Positions 1-10,447 of a DNA stretch of 64,000 nt are shown one piece after another. The stretch spans positions 2,092,491-2,156,490 of the forward strand of contig NZ_OZ244791.1 in NCBI RefSeq assembly GCF_965219815.1, read 5' to 3'. This DNA is from Candidatus Poriferisocius sp. GTDB lineage: Bacteria; Actinomycetota; Acidimicrobiia; Acidimicrobiales; Bin134. A model generated the notes under the pieces. That model worked only from the letters and a program-made list of their open reading frames with translations. It was not told the DNA's origin and did not search any database. A program made the translations under genes and the position numbers. Numbering within the stretch: position 1 is the first letter of the stretch; every line of letters starts with the position of its first letter.

Positions 1-1
1 C

Positions 2-793
2 AATACCCCCGAGTCGGGCATCACCCAGATCACTTTGTCGCGCCCTGAGCGGCTCAACGCCATCAGCCCCGAGCTCATTGCCGACTTGCATGGGGCCCTT
101 GAGGAGGTGGAGCGGGACCGGTCTCAGCGGGCGGTGGTTCTCACCGGTGCCGGGCGGGGATTCTGCTCCGGTGCCGATCTCAAGGCCGGGGGCGAGCAGG
201 GGTTCGCCGAGCCACCCGAGCAGAGCCGGGTGGGGGCCATCTATGACATGCAGCTCGACCTGGCCAACCTCATGCTCAAGATCTACGAGCTGCGGGTGCC
301 GGTGATCGCTGCGGTGAACGGCCCCGCCGTCGGGGGAGGGTTCGCCATTGCCTTGCACTGCGACGTTCGGGTGGCCGCGGAGTCGGCCCGGTTCGGCTCG
401 GTGTTCATCAAGGTGGGCCTGTCGTCGCTGGACGTGGGCAACAGCTACCTGCTGCCCCGGATCGTTGGGGCTGGCCGAGCTCGGGAGCTGATGCTCACCG
501 GCCGGATCTTCGATGCCGCCGAGGCCGATCGCATCGGACTGGTGTCGCAAGTGGTGCCCGACGGCCAGGTGGTGGAGGCTGCCCTCGATGTGGCCCGGCA
601 AATTGCGGCCAACAATGAGTACGGGGTGTGGATGACCAAGCTCGGGGCCAATGCCACGCTTGACGCCCCCAGCCTGCGTCACGCGATGGAGTTGGAGAAC
701 CGCACTCAGGTACTGGGCACATTCACCGGGAACATGTCCGAGGCATCACAGGCCTTTCGAGAGGGCCGTGAGCCCCGTTGGAATCCGCTGTAG
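2..793 (+). CDS. enoyl-CoA hydratase/isomerase (crotonase family), 5' end cut by window edge
   Basis: Frame is open back to nt 2 (NTPESGITQITLSRPERLNA), so the listed TTG at 35 is internal. Crotonase segments VVLTGAGRGFCSGADL and AAVNGPAVGGG are present. Confidence 0.85.
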   Translation, partial: NTPESGITQITLSRPERLNAISPELIADLHGALEEVERDRSQRAVVLTGAGRGFCSGADLKAGGEQGFAEPPEQSRVGAIYDMQLDLANLMLKIYELRVPVIAAVNGPAVGGGFAIALHCDVRVAAESARFGSVFIKVGLSSLDVGNSYLLPRIVGAGRARELMLTGRIFDAAEADRIGLVSQVVPDGQVVEAALDVARQIAANNEYGVWMTKLGANATLDAPSLRHAMELENRTQVLGTFTGNMSEASQAFREGREPRWNPL

Positions 794-804
794 GAGGAGG
801 GTCG

Positions 805-1578
805 ATGCTTGACATAGAAGACCAAGGCCGGGTTCGGCTGTTGACTTTGAACCGGCCAGACGCGCTGAACGCGTTCAGCGAGGCCCTGTACGACGCCACC
901 GCTCAAGCACTGATCGACGCGGCTGCCGATCCCGATGTGGCCGTCGTGGTGTTGACCGGGAACGGACGGGCGTTCTGCGCCGGCACCGACTTGGTGGAGA
1001 TGGGCGCCCGCAACCCCGGCGGTGACGGCGTCGAGCCCGGCGTCCACGGGTTCGCCGGGATGATCGACCAGATGGACTCGTTCGCCAAGCCGTTCATCGT
1101 CGCGGTGAACGGTCTCGCCATCGGCGTGGGGGCCACCATGCTGGGGTTCGCCGATTTGGCCTTTATGTCCTCTGAGGCCCGGCTGCGGTGTCCGTTCTCC
1201 AGCCTGGGCGTGGCCCCCGAAGCAGCCAGCAGCTACACCTTCCCGCTGCTGCTGGGTCGCCAGCAGGCCATGTGGACCCTGCTCAGCGCCGAGTGGATCA
1301 GTGCGGAGGAGGCCCAGGAGATGGGCCTCGTTTGGAAGGTGTGCCCTCCCGATGAGCTTCTGGATACCACGATGGCGCACGCCCAGAAGCTGGCCGCGTT
1401 GCCGGTGTCGTCGCTAATGGAGTCGAAGGTGCTGATCACCCATGGCTGGCACGATGGGGTGGCCGCCGCCCGGGAGCGGGAGAACGCCGCCTTCTCCCGT
1501 CTAATGGGGGCGCCGGCCAACGTGGAGGCCATCTCCGCCTTCATGGAGAAGCGTCCCCCGGACTTCACCGGCATGTAA
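805..1578 (+). CDS. enoyl-CoA hydratase/isomerase family protein
   Basis: ATG at 805 sits behind GGAGGAGGG. Motifs: RLLTLNRPDALNAF, VVVLTGNGRAFCAGTDL, VAVNGLAIGVGATM. The ORF-track start at 778 overlaps the upstream gene. Confidence 0.85.
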   Translation: MLDIEDQGRVRLLTLNRPDALNAFSEALYDATAQALIDAAADPDVAVVVLTGNGRAFCAGTDLVEMGARNPGGDGVEPGVHGFAGMIDQMDSFAKPFIVAVNGLAIGVGATMLGFADLAFMSSEARLRCPFSSLGVAPEAASSYTFPLLLGRQQAMWTLLSAEWISAEEAQEMGLVWKVCPPDELLDTTMAHAQKLAALPVSSLMESKVLITHGWHDGVAAARERENAAFSRLMGAPANVEAISAFMEKRPPDFTGM

Positions 1579-1644
1579 GCACGGTTTCGGCCTCTCCTCA
1601 GACTGCGCCTACCATCCTCCCAGCGCACGCCGACGGGAGGACAA

Positions 1645-3210
1645 ATGGCTGAGACCGACGTGCTGGGACTCTGGAAGATCGCCGAGGCTGACCCTGAGCG
1701 CCTGGCGGTGGTGGACCCCGACTACAACGAGATCACCTACCGGGAGCTGGCCGAGCTGACCAACCGCATTGTGCACGGTCTGCGGGCTGCTGGGCTTGAG
1801 GTGGGCGATCAGGTGACCACCGTGCTGCCCAACGGGATCGAGCAGACGGCCGTCTCCCTGGCTGCCTATCAGGGGGGCTTCTACCTCACCACGGTGAACT
1901 GGCACCTGGCCGGCCCCGAGATCGCCTACATAGTCAACGACAGCGAGACCAAGGCGTTCATAGTCCACGAAGACTTCGCGGCGCAGGCCACCAGGGTGCT
2001 GGAGGAGAGCGATGTGCCCGCCGCCAACCGGTTCTCGGCGGGCAGCATCGACGGCTTCCGTCCCTTGGCTGAGCTGGTTGACTCCCAGCCTGCCAACCGG
2101 CCCGACGACCTCACCACCGGCTCGTTCATGTTCTACACCTCGGGCACCACCGGAAGGCCCAAGGGCGTGCGTCGGGCTCTGCCCGGTGTCCACCCCGATG
2201 AATCCGCCGCCGGTTCCGGCGGGCTGTTCATGCTGCTGGGCATCATGCCCCACCAAGACAACGTTCACATCACGCAGGCCCCGCTGTACCACACCGCGGT
2301 CAACATCTGGACCACCACGTCGCTGCATATGGGTCATCCCGCGGTGCTTATGGGCCGCTGGACCGCCGAAGGGGCGCTGGAGCGCATCGACCGCTACAAG
2401 GTCACCCAGAGCCACATGGTTCCCACCATGTTCCACCGCCTGCTCCAGCTGCCCGACGAGGTGAAACAGCGCTACGACGTGTCGTCGCTGCGGCGCATGA
2501 TCCATGCCGCGGCGCCCTGCCCAGTTGAGACCAAGCAGAAGATGCTCGACTGGTGGGGCGACTGCATCTGGGAGTACTACGCGGCCACCGAGGGCGGCGG
2601 CACCTACATCCCCCCCGACGAGTGGCGCCAGTACCCCGGCACGGTGGGCCGCCCGTGGCCGGGCTCGGAAGTCATCGTGGTGGACGACGACGGCAACCGC
2701 CTGCCTCCCGGCGCCAGCGGAACCATCTACATGAAGATGCCCCAGGGACAGACCTTCGAGTACTACAAGGACAAGGAGAAGACCGACAAGGCTCGCTTGG
2801 ACGAGGAGTTCTTCACCGTGGGCGACGTGGGCTACTTCAACGACGACGGCTACCTGTTCCTCAACGACCGCTCCAACGACATGATCATCGTGGGTGGGAT
2901 GAACATCTACCCGGCCGAGATCGAGGGCGCGCTGCTCCAGAGCCCTCTGGTGGGCGACGCCGCGGTGTTCGGGATTCCCAACGAGGACACCGGCGAGGAG
3001 ATCAAGGCGGTGATCGAGCCGGCCGCCGGGGTGGCTGCCGACGACGACACCCGGGGGGCCATCATGGAGTTCCTCCGGGATCAGATCGCCAAGCAGAAGT
3101 GGCCCCGCTCCATTGACTTCACCGACGAGATGCCCCGCGACCCCAACGGCAAGCTGTACAAGCGCCGGCTGCGGGACCCGTACTGGGAGGGAAAGACCCG
3201 GGCCATCTAG
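1645..3210 (+). CDS. acyl-CoA synthetase / AMP-dependent ligase (ANL superfamily)
   Basis: AMP-binding motif YTSGTTGRPKG, later GDVGYFNDDGYLFLNDR and a C-terminal PRDPNGKLYKR lysine motif. SD GGGAGGA lies upstream. Confidence 0.9.
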   Translation: MAETDVLGLWKIAEADPERLAVVDPDYNEITYRELAELTNRIVHGLRAAGLEVGDQVTTVLPNGIEQTAVSLAAYQGGFYLTTVNWHLAGPEIAYIVNDSETKAFIVHEDFAAQATRVLEESDVPAANRFSAGSIDGFRPLAELVDSQPANRPDDLTTGSFMFYTSGTTGRPKGVRRALPGVHPDESAAGSGGLFMLLGIMPHQDNVHITQAPLYHTAVNIWTTTSLHMGHPAVLMGRWTAEGALERIDRYKVTQSHMVPTMFHRLLQLPDEVKQRYDVSSLRRMIHAAAPCPVETKQKMLDWWGDCIWEYYAATEGGGTYIPPDEWRQYPGTVGRPWPGSEVIVVDDDGNRLPPGASGTIYMKMPQGQTFEYYKDKEKTDKARLDEEFFTVGDVGYFNDDGYLFLNDRSNDMIIVGGMNIYPAEIEGALLQSPLVGDAAVFGIPNEDTGEEIKAVIEPAAGVAADDDTRGAIMEFLRDQIAKQKWPRSIDFTDEMPRDPNGKLYKRRLRDPYWEGKTRAI

Positions 3211-3243
3211 TGGTTGATGGGTTGATCTGCCGGGCCGGTTGAG

Positions 3244-4839
3244 ATGATGGCCCGCCTGTTCAACCCCAAGTTGGTGGCCCCGGAGGAACTCGCTCCCCGC
3301 CAGGTCCACATCATCATGGTCGCCCTGATGACCGGTATGTTTCTGGCCGCGCTGGACAACTCGGTTCTGGCCACCGCAGTACCTACTATCGCCGGCGAGC
3401 TGGGGGGTCAGGATCAGGTGGCCTGGATCATCACGTCTTATCTGCTCACCGGCACCATCGCCACGCCGCTGATCGGGAAGCTCAGCGACATCTACGGCCG
3501 CAAGCTGGTGTTCCAGCTCACCATCGGCTTTTTCATCATTACCTCGGCCCTGGCCGGCCTGTCGCAGACCATGTTGCAACTCGTGCTGTTCCGGGCACTC
3601 CAGGGTTTGGCCGGCGGCGGCCTTCTGGCCCTGCCGATGGCCATTGTGGGCGACGTGGTGGCCCCCAACCAGCGTGGCCGCTACCAGGGCTACATCGCGG
3701 CCACATTCGGCACGGCCAGCGTGGCCGGACCGCTCATCGGCGGTTTCTTCGTCGACCACCTGAGCTGGCGCTGGGTGTTCTACGTGAACATCCCTGTGGG
3801 CTTGATCTCGATGGCGGCCATCGCCGTGCTGTTCAACGTGCGTCTCGACGTCGTGTCGCGCCCCATCGACTGGTTAGGCGCGGGGTTGCTCATCTCCGGG
3901 TTCACGCCCTTGCTGATCGCCCTCAGCATCGGGGGAGACCAGCTGGCCTGGTCGTCGCCGGGAATGGCCCTGATCTTGGCGGTGTCGGCCGTGCTGCTGC
4001 CGACGTTCTTCTGGTGGGAGACCAAGGCCGCCGATCCGATCCTTCCGCCCCGGCTGTACTCCAACGACGTCGTGCGCTGGTCGATGGTGGTCATGCTGCT
4101 CATCGGGCTGGTGATGTTCGGGGCCACCCTGTTCATTCCCGTGTTCTTGCAGGTGGTGTCGGGGGTAAGCGCAACCGGTTCGGGCCTGAACATGATGCCC
4201 ATGTTCATCGGCATCATCTTCACGTCGGTGTTGTCGGGCAAGATGCTCACCCGGTTTGGGAACTACAAGGTGTTCATTGTGCTCGGCACCGTGCTCATGA
4301 CCGTGGGCATGTCGCTGCTGGCCTTGTTCTTGGACCGGGACACCACCCAGGTTCAGGTAGGTCTCATGGTGTTCGTCATCGGATTGGGTTTGGGGATGAC
4401 CATGCCGGTGCTAGTGCTGGTCGTGCAGAATGCCAGCCCTCACCGCGACATCGGCATGGTGTCGGCGGCCACCAACTTTGTGCGATCGCTGGGAGGCACC
4501 ATAGGAGCGGCCGTCATGGGGGCCATTTACGCCAATGGACTGCAATCTTCCCTGGAATCCAAAGTCACCCCCGAGCAGTTGGCCGCCCTGCCCGATGCCG
4601 ACAAGCTGTTGGGCAGCCCCCAGCAGATCCGGGCCATTCAGGACCCGTCGATTGTGGATGCAGTGCTGGACTCCTTCACGGTGGGGGTGGGTCGCTGTTT
4701 CACCTTCGGAGCTCCGATCATCGCCGTAGGAATCTTGGCCGCGCTGTTGGTACGACAGATCCCGCTGCGCCAAGAGATCCGCTCCGAAGAGGAGCGGGCC
4801 GAGGCCGCCGCCCTCCGGGAGTCGCCTCCAGTTGGCTGA
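3244..4839 (+). CDS. MFS transporter, DHA2 (EmrB/QacA-like, about 14 TMS)
   Basis: 531 aa, many hydrophobic segments, MFS motif [10 protein letters not shown]. Size and layout are typical of drug:H+ antiporter-2. Confidence 0.8.
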   Translation: MMARLFNPKLVAPEELAPRQVHIIMVALMTGMFLAALDNSVLATAVPTIAGELGGQDQVAWIITSYLLTGTIATPLIGKLSDIYGRKLVFQLTIGFFIITSALAGLSQTMLQLVLFRALQGLAGGGLLALPMAIVGDVVAPNQRGRYQGYIAATFGTASVAGPLIGGFFVDHLSWRWVFYVNIPVGLISMAAIAVLFNVRLDVVSRPIDWLGAGLLISGFTPLLIALSIGGDQLAWSSPGMALILAVSAVLLPTFFWWETKAADPILPPRLYSNDVVRWSMVVMLLIGLVMFGATLFIPVFLQVVSGVSATGSGLNMMPMFIGIIFTSVLSGKMLTRFGNYKVFIVLGTVLMTVGMSLLALFLDRDTTQVQVGLMVFVIGLGLGMTMPVLVLVVQNASPHRDIGMVSAATNFVRSLGGTIGAAVMGAIYANGLQSSLESKVTPEQLAALPDADKLLGSPQQIRAIQDPSIVDAVLDSFTVGVGRCFTFGAPIIAVGILAALLVRQIPLRQEIRSEEERAEAAALRESPPVG

Positions 4840-4846
4840 TCGCGGG

Positions 4847-5818
4847 CTACTTGATGGCCACTGGGTTTACCGGTGATCCCAGGCCGCCGACGAACGGCTG
4901 GGGCGAGGCCTCCAGGAAGAAGTCGTATTGGCCGTCGGCCGCGCAGTCGGCAGCCAGCTCTTCCAGATCCCAGTTCTGACCCTGAGTGAGGCCCATGTCC
5001 ACCAGATTCAGGCAGTGGATGGCGATGATCGCCCCTTCGAAGGCGGGGTCGTAGGGCAGCACCTCGAACACGATGTTGTCGGTGGCCACCGCGGCGATGT
5101 TGTGGTCGTAGAACCACTCGCAGGCGGTCACGCCGATGCCGGCGGAGCGCACGATCCCCATCTCGGGTATGGGCTCTCCGTAGTAGTTGTCCAGATCGCC
5201 GGCCTTGGCGTAGGCGAACAGGCCGGTACGGACCAGGATGATGTCGCCGGTGCGGATCTCCACCCCTTGAGCTTCAGCCGCATTGGTCAGGTCGTCGTAG
5301 CCGATTGCGTGGCCCGGCTCCAGCACGTCCACCCCGTGGAGCTTGGCGATGTCCAATAGCACGCCCCGCCCGGTGAGGCTCTTGACCTGCTCGATGCCGC
5401 ACACCGACGCTCCCCACTCGGTGATGGTGGAGGCGTCGTGGCCGTTGTAGAGCTTGCCCCGGTACATGGCATGGCAGAGCCCATCCCAGTGGGTGGCGCA
5501 TTGCAGGCCCATGGTGACCACGTCGTCGCTGGTGTGGAACATGTCGGGGTCCCCCATCATGCCGTGATTGAGCGACACCATCGTTTTCAGCGGGTTCACC
5601 CGTCCGGGGATGACGCCGGTTTGAAGGCCGTCTTTGTGCAGGGGATAGGCCAGTGAGATGCGCTTGCCGGTGCGGATGCACTGGGCCGCCTCCTTCACCA
5701 CCTCGTCGGTGAGGAAGTTGAGCGTGCCGATCTGGTCGTCCTCGCCCCAGCGACCCCAGTTGTTGATGCGCGCGGCGATGTCCAAGACTGCTTGTGGGTA
5801 TGGCATGGCCGTGAACAC
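4847..5818 (-). CDS. cyclase family protein (kynurenine formamidase-like fold)
   Basis: 323 aa. N-terminal NNWGRWGEDDQIGTLNFLT and HxxxH/D-rich core resemble putative cyclase family proteins. Start could be the internal Met 4 codons in. Confidence 0.65.
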   Translation of the reverse strand: MFTAMPYPQAVLDIAARINNWGRWGEDDQIGTLNFLTDEVVKEAAQCIRTGKRISLAYPLHKDGLQTGVIPGRVNPLKTMVSLNHGMMGDPDMFHTSDDVVTMGLQCATHWDGLCHAMYRGKLYNGHDASTITEWGASVCGIEQVKSLTGRGVLLDIAKLHGVDVLEPGHAIGYDDLTNAAEAQGVEIRTGDIILVRTGLFAYAKAGDLDNYYGEPIPEMGIVRSAGIGVTACEWFYDHNIAAVATDNIVFEVLPYDPAFEGAIIAIHCLNLVDMGLTQGQNWDLEELAADCAADGQYDFFLEASPQPFVGGLGSPVNPVAIK

Positions 5819-5858
5819 TACTCCGAGCCGAGGTGAGCTGATCGGCTAGAACTTCGCC

Positions 5859-6605
5859 ATGGGAAGTCTTGATGGACGGGTAGTGATAGTGACCGGGGCG
5901 GCTCGGGGGCAGGGCGAGGCTGAAGCCCGGAAGTTCGTGGAGGAAGGCGCGTTCGTGGTGATGGGCGACGTGCTCGACGAGGCGGGGGAGGCGGTGGCTG
6001 CCGAGTTGGGCGATCAGGCCCTGTATCTCCACCACGACGTGTCCTCATCGGAGGATTGGGTCCGGGTCGTGGCCGCCGCGGTGGAGCAGGGGCCGCTGCG
6101 TGCGCTGGTAAACAACGCCGCCATCCACTGGACCGCACCCATTGCCGACGAAACTCCCGAGAGCCTGCGCCGCATCTGGGAGGTGAACTACCTGGGCACG
6201 TTCCTGGGCATCCAGAGCGTGGCCGACTCCATGGCCGAGGCCGGTGGCGGGGGGATCGTAAACGTCTCGTCTATTGCTGGCATGGAGGGGATCGCCCACC
6301 ACTCGGCCTATGGAGGCACCAAATGGGCGGTGCGGGGGCTGACCAAGGTTGCGGCTATCGAATTGGGACCCAGGGGAATCAGGGTGAACTCCATCCATCC
6401 CGGCCCGATCGAGACGGCCATGTTGTCGGCTGACCGGCATGGGCGCCCCGAGCTGTTCGGCCACGTGCCGCTGCGCCGGGCCGGAGTGGCCTCTGAGGTG
6501 GCCGATCTGGCCTGCTATCTGGTGTCGGACGCATCGTCGTACCAGACTGGCCACGAGTACATCATCGACGGAGGCTCCACCGCGGGCATTCCGATGCGAG
6601 GGTAG
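5859..6605 (+). CDS. SDR family oxidoreductase (3-alpha/20-beta-hydroxysteroid dehydrogenase-like)
   Basis: TGAARGQG cofactor motif, NNAA, catalytic YGGTKWAV (YxxxK). Confidence 0.85.
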   Translation: MGSLDGRVVIVTGAARGQGEAEARKFVEEGAFVVMGDVLDEAGEAVAAELGDQALYLHHDVSSSEDWVRVVAAAVEQGPLRALVNNAAIHWTAPIADETPESLRRIWEVNYLGTFLGIQSVADSMAEAGGGGIVNVSSIAGMEGIAHHSAYGGTKWAVRGLTKVAAIELGPRGIRVNSIHPGPIETAMLSADRHGRPELFGHVPLRRAGVASEVADLACYLVSDASSYQTGHEYIIDGGSTAGIPMRG

Positions 6606-6610
6606 GCATC

Positions 6611-7015
6611 ATGAGTGTTGAGGGATTCGACCACTTGGCCATCACCGTGGCCGATGTAGAGGCCACGGTGGCCTTCTACGGCGAAGTACTGGGTGCTGAG
6701 CCCATGTACTTGGAGGAGTTCAGGGCCGGGAAGATGCCCATCGTGATGATGCAGGTGGGAGCCAACCGCATCAACGTGCACCCCGCGGTCGCCCCGGCCT
6801 CCCCCCATGCCCGCCTGCCCACCCCCGGCTCGGTAGACCTGTGCTTCCGCTGGGGCGGCACCATCGCCGAAGCCCAGGCCCATCTGGCCGCCTGCGGCGT
6901 CGAGGTCATAGAAGGCCCTGCCCCCCGCCCGGCCAGCAACGGCGAACGCGGGCAGTCCGTCTACTTCCGAGACACCGACGGCAACCTCCTCGAACTCCTC
7001 ACCATCAAGGGCTGA
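6611..7015 (+). CDS. VOC (glyoxalase/bleomycin-resistance/dioxygenase) family protein
   Basis: 134 aa. GFDHLAITVADVEATVAFY opening and C-terminal YFRDTDGNLLEL are typical of the VOC fold. Confidence 0.75.
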   Translation: MSVEGFDHLAITVADVEATVAFYGEVLGAEPMYLEEFRAGKMPIVMMQVGANRINVHPAVAPASPHARLPTPGSVDLCFRWGGTIAEAQAHLAACGVEVIEGPAPRPASNGERGQSVYFRDTDGNLLELLTIKG

Positions 7016-7145
7016 CAGATGCGTTGCTCGCTGTGAGGACGGCACGTCGGGTGCGGAAAGGTAGGCTAGTTGAGGAAAAGTAGTGTATTTGTGAAATAGT
7101 ACAGCAAATGAGAAATGGTATTGCATGAGAGAATCGGTCTAATAC

Positions 7146-8426
7146 ATGCGCGCTGAACATCAACCACGGGTGGCCGACCAGGAACTCCATGACCTGATAA
7201 GCGAATTGCCCGCGGTCAGCATTGAGGGGCCCAGGGCGGTGGGGAAGACCTGGACGGCCAGTCGGGTAGCCAGCACCGTGTATGCGCTGGACGATCCTGA
7301 CGTCCTCGCCGAGGTGCGGGCTGATTCTCGCCTCCTCACCCGGGGGGAACCGCCCATCCTGATAGACGAGTGGCAGCGGTTCCCCGAGTCATGGGACATC
7401 GTGCGCAGATCTGTGGACCGAGAGTTCAGTCCGGGGAAATTCATCCTCACTGGATCGGCCCGGCCGGAGACTCGTCCCGCCCACTCAGGCGCGGGGCGGA
7501 TTGTCACCTTGCGAATGTGGACAACTGCGCTTGCTGAGCGCCGCCTAGAAGCGTCCACCGTCAGTCTGAAGTCGCTCTTGGCGGGAGATCGCATCGATAT
7601 CGAAGGCCAAAGCGGCCTTGAATTGGAGGACTATGCATCTGAGATTGCCTCCGGAGGGTTTCCCGGCTGGCGAAACACCACTGGTCGAGCGCGAGACCTT
7701 CTTCTCGACGGCTATCTCCACCGGCTGGCCGAGCACGACTTCCCGCTATCTGGCCACCGAGTCCGCAACCCCGCAGCCCTGCGCCGTTGGCTGACTGCCT
7801 ATGCCGCAGCCAGCTCGAGCACAGCTTCCTACGAGACCATCCGCGATGCCGCTACTTCTGGCGAGGGCGACAAGCCGTCAAAGACTACGACCCTCGCTTA
7901 TCGGGACACCCTTGAATCCATGTGGATATTGGAGCCACAACTGGCCTGGTTGCCGGTAGGGAGCCACCTGAGTCGCCTCAAACGAAGTCCCAAACACCAC
8001 TTGGCTGACACAGCATTGGCTGCCCGATTGCTCAATGCGACCGCCGACACCCTGGTCGGCACTGACGCATATCTTCAGGCTGGGTCCGGGCTGGCCGACA
8101 CCGGGTTGCTCGGAGCCTTGTTTGAGTCGATGGTTATCCACGATCTGCGGGTATACGCCCAGTCGGCCGATGCCAGGTTGTCCCATATGCGCACTTGGAA
8201 CGACGAGCGAGAGGTGGACGCGATAATCGAGCACCGGGGACGGGTACTGGCCGTGGAAGTCAAGCTGGGATCAGAAGTGACAGGCCACGACACCCGGCAC
8301 CTGCGATGGCTGCGAGACCGGATCGGGCCAGGACTCCTTGATGCTGTCGTGATTACTTCCGGTCAGGAGGCTTATCGTGATGACGAGGGGATAGCAATCG
8401 TCCCAGCAGGGTTATTGGGGCCCTAG
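7146..8426 (+). CDS. AAA+ ATPase with C-terminal DUF4143 domain
   Basis: Walker A GPRAVGKTW. C-terminal PKHHLADTALAARLL...GALFESMVIHDL...EREVDAII...AVEVKLG matches the DUF4143 pattern. Preceded by a 130-bp AT-rich spacer. Confidence 0.7.
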   Translation: MRAEHQPRVADQELHDLISELPAVSIEGPRAVGKTWTASRVASTVYALDDPDVLAEVRADSRLLTRGEPPILIDEWQRFPESWDIVRRSVDREFSPGKFILTGSARPETRPAHSGAGRIVTLRMWTTALAERRLEASTVSLKSLLAGDRIDIEGQSGLELEDYASEIASGGFPGWRNTTGRARDLLLDGYLHRLAEHDFPLSGHRVRNPAALRRWLTAYAAASSSTASYETIRDAATSGEGDKPSKTTTLAYRDTLESMWILEPQLAWLPVGSHLSRLKRSPKHHLADTALAARLLNATADTLVGTDAYLQAGSGLADTGLLGALFESMVIHDLRVYAQSADARLSHMRTWNDEREVDAIIEHRGRVLAVEVKLGSEVTGHDTRHLRWLRDRIGPGLLDAVVITSGQEAYRDDEGIAIVPAGLLGP

Positions 8427-8438
8427 CTCGCGACCGCG

Positions 8439-9479
8439 TTACCAATTACTCGCCATTTCCCGGAGAGAGGAAACGTCCAATCCCCGGTCATGGCACCACC
8501 ACCAGGCATGGCTGCGACAGGCGGCGTCGGTCAGGTCGTAAGCGTCGGTGGCTTGCCTCAGGTCGTAGACGGAAAGAAACGCCTCGGTATGGGCATAGAC
8601 GATCACACCGAGGTCCCAGCGGTCCTGATCGGCGCTGGCCCATTCCCAGGCATGGGCATAGGTGGCTGTTGCAAGACCCCTCGCCGCCGGAATCACCGTC
8701 TCATTCCAATCGCGTAGGGCCGCAGCCACCTGATCGGTCTCCGCAAGGGTCGGGTCAGGGACATTGGGGTTGTCGCGGGCGGAAAGGTAGGCATGCAGTT
8801 TGGCGGTGTATTCGTCTTTGTCCAACAGAGCGGACTCAAGGGCAGTGCTCAAAGCACGCCGGGCCGAGGCCAGGGCAGGAGGCGCATCGGGAGGCGGCCA
8901 TAACACTGGGACCGGAGAAGCGTGGGCCAATCCGAGGCCGTGCGAGCTGTAGGCAGAAGCATGGTGGGCAAACTCCATTACCGCGTGGCTGGCGAAGTGC
9001 AGGCCTGAGGGCCAGGGTGGTCCAGATTCACAGGATTCAGACAACCGGATGTTGTGGTCGTACAGAATCTCGTCTGGCGCTTCCGGCATGTCGGGGTCGT
9101 TGGCACATTCGTCGAGAGCCAGATCCCACAAGACTGAATATGCGTTGCGGCACAGTTCTTCGGGTTCGAAGGAGAATCCCAATCGGCCCACCATCTCCCC
9201 CAGCAATTCCCCGGCCAGGGCCACGCCGAAGTCATCGTCCGTCGATCCCGCTTCAAGACGGCGAGCATCCTTCGGGTCGCCTATCTGAGGATGGTTGTCA
9301 CACGCTTGGAGAGCCAGTGACGGCATCTTGTCGCAGGCATAGGCGACCTTGTCGGACCACTCTGTTCGGCTGTAGTCGGCAAATGAAGCCGAGGCGGCTT
9401 CCTTCGCAGCCTCCACCAACCATCTGGGCCTAGGTGGCGAGTCAAATGTCGGGAGTATTCTCAGTGCGGTCTTATCCAT
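8439..9479 (-). CDS. hypothetical protein (346 aa, no recognisable domain)
   Basis: Long ORF with coding-like GC3. Its upstream region shares a conserved motif with the methylase gene (see repeats at 9498 and 11545). Confidence 0.5.
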   Translation of the reverse strand: MDKTALRILPTFDSPPRPRWLVEAAKEAASASFADYSRTEWSDKVAYACDKMPSLALQACDNHPQIGDPKDARRLEAGSTDDDFGVALAGELLGEMVGRLGFSFEPEELCRNAYSVLWDLALDECANDPDMPEAPDEILYDHNIRLSESCESGPPWPSGLHFASHAVMEFAHHASAYSSHGLGLAHASPVPVLWPPPDAPPALASARRALSTALESALLDKDEYTAKLHAYLSARDNPNVPDPTLAETDQVAAALRDWNETVIPAARGLATATYAHAWEWASADQDRWDLGVIVYAHTEAFLSVYDLRQATDAYDLTDAACRSHAWWWCHDRGLDVSSLREMASNW

Positions 9480-9497
9480 GCCCCCACCCTAAGCAGG

Positions 9498-9521
9498 GGG
9501 TATGACAGTTTCTGTCCTGAC
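9498..9521. repeat. direct repeat copy 1 (GGGTATGACAGTTTCTGTCCTGAC)
   Basis: Matches 11545-11567 at 22 of 24 aligned positions. Sits 18 nt upstream of the start of the 346-aa gene. Confidence 0.65.
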
Positions 9522-9542
9522 CTGTCTAGCCAACCAGCAAGC

Positions 9543-10433
9543 TCACAAAGGCCGTAAGCGGGATAACAGAGCTGATTCAAAGTGTTCTCGGCTGACAGTG
9601 TCAGCGGCCTGGAGTCTCTTGTTGGAATCCTCCAAGGTGAGTACCTCCCAGTGGTCTCGAGCTAGCTGCCATGTGCCTGCGGCTGAGCGTTCCAAACTGG
9701 TGACAAGCCAGATGATGTCGCCTTCGTTGAGGTCTTGGCTGGGTTGATCACTGGTGCCGCCGACGGCGTTGAAGAACGGGCGGTCCACCGCGACGGCGAG
9801 CTTGGCACCCCAGCGACGCAGTGTTGGTGCCTTGATTTCCAGTTGTGGCATCAGGCGTTTGGCGCTTGAGGAACGCCAGTCGGGACGGCGGACCTCCGAT
9901 GGGTAGGGAGGCGGTTCGTGGGTGTCGTCTCGCAGCGCTTCGAACTCACTGGTCATCCCCTTGCCAGAGAAATAGACGGCCTGGATCTCCAAACCATGCC
10001 ATCTCAAATTCTCGCCTTGTACATGGGCAACGATCATGTCGATCTTGCCGGCAGGCTTGTTCGTCTCCGTGCTCCGCATGAAGGGCACTTCACCTGCCAC
10101 TTGGGTTTCCTGTGTCGGAAAGCCGGCCACTTCAGCTAACCACCGGAGTACAAGGCTCTTTTCCTCAAACCGGCGTGGGCAGGTGATGACCGGCTCATCT
10201 GCTGGTTGGCCTAGACGGTGGTCGTTGTCCTCTGTGTAGCGCTGGATGGAGCAAACGCCCCCCTTCTTTGAGCACGTTGGATGGTTGGGCTGGAATGGAC
10301 ACGTTGGAGGCTCAGCATCGGATTCACCTAGTGCATGCTTGGCGAAGACAACCCGCTGGGTCGCGGCGAGAGAGGTGAAGTCCTGTCCATACCACTCCGC
10401 AATTCCGTAGCGCGTCCTAAGTTCGTCTGGCAT
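9543..10433 (-). CDS. NotI-family (PD-(D/E)XK with N-terminal Cys4 site) type II restriction endonuclease
   Basis: N-terminus IAEWYGQDF...TCPF...CSKKGGVCSI...ITCPRRF parallels my memory of NotI (IAEFFG...TCPF...GVCVV...VCPNRA). LEIQAVYFSG parallels NotI LEIQTMDFHG. Confidence 0.65.
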   Translation of the reverse strand: MPDELRTRYGIAEWYGQDFTSLAATQRVVFAKHALGESDAEPPTCPFQPNHPTCSKKGGVCSIQRYTEDNDHRLGQPADEPVITCPRRFEEKSLVLRWLAEVAGFPTQETQVAGEVPFMRSTETNKPAGKIDMIVAHVQGENLRWHGLEIQAVYFSGKGMTSEFEALRDDTHEPPPYPSEVRRPDWRSSSAKRLMPQLEIKAPTLRRWGAKLAVAVDRPFFNAVGGTSDQPSQDLNEGDIIWLVTSLERSAAGTWQLARDHWEVLTLEDSNKRLQAADTVSREHFESALLSRLRPL

Positions 10434-10447
10434 CAGAATGGGCCGGG

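Noticed and set aside
1609-3759. 716-aa minus-strand ORF antisense to the acyl-CoA synthetase and MFS genes
   Set aside because: Its composition is Gly/Arg/His/Val-rich with no motifs, the typical shadow ORF of a high-GC coding strand. The plus-strand genes carry clear family motifs.
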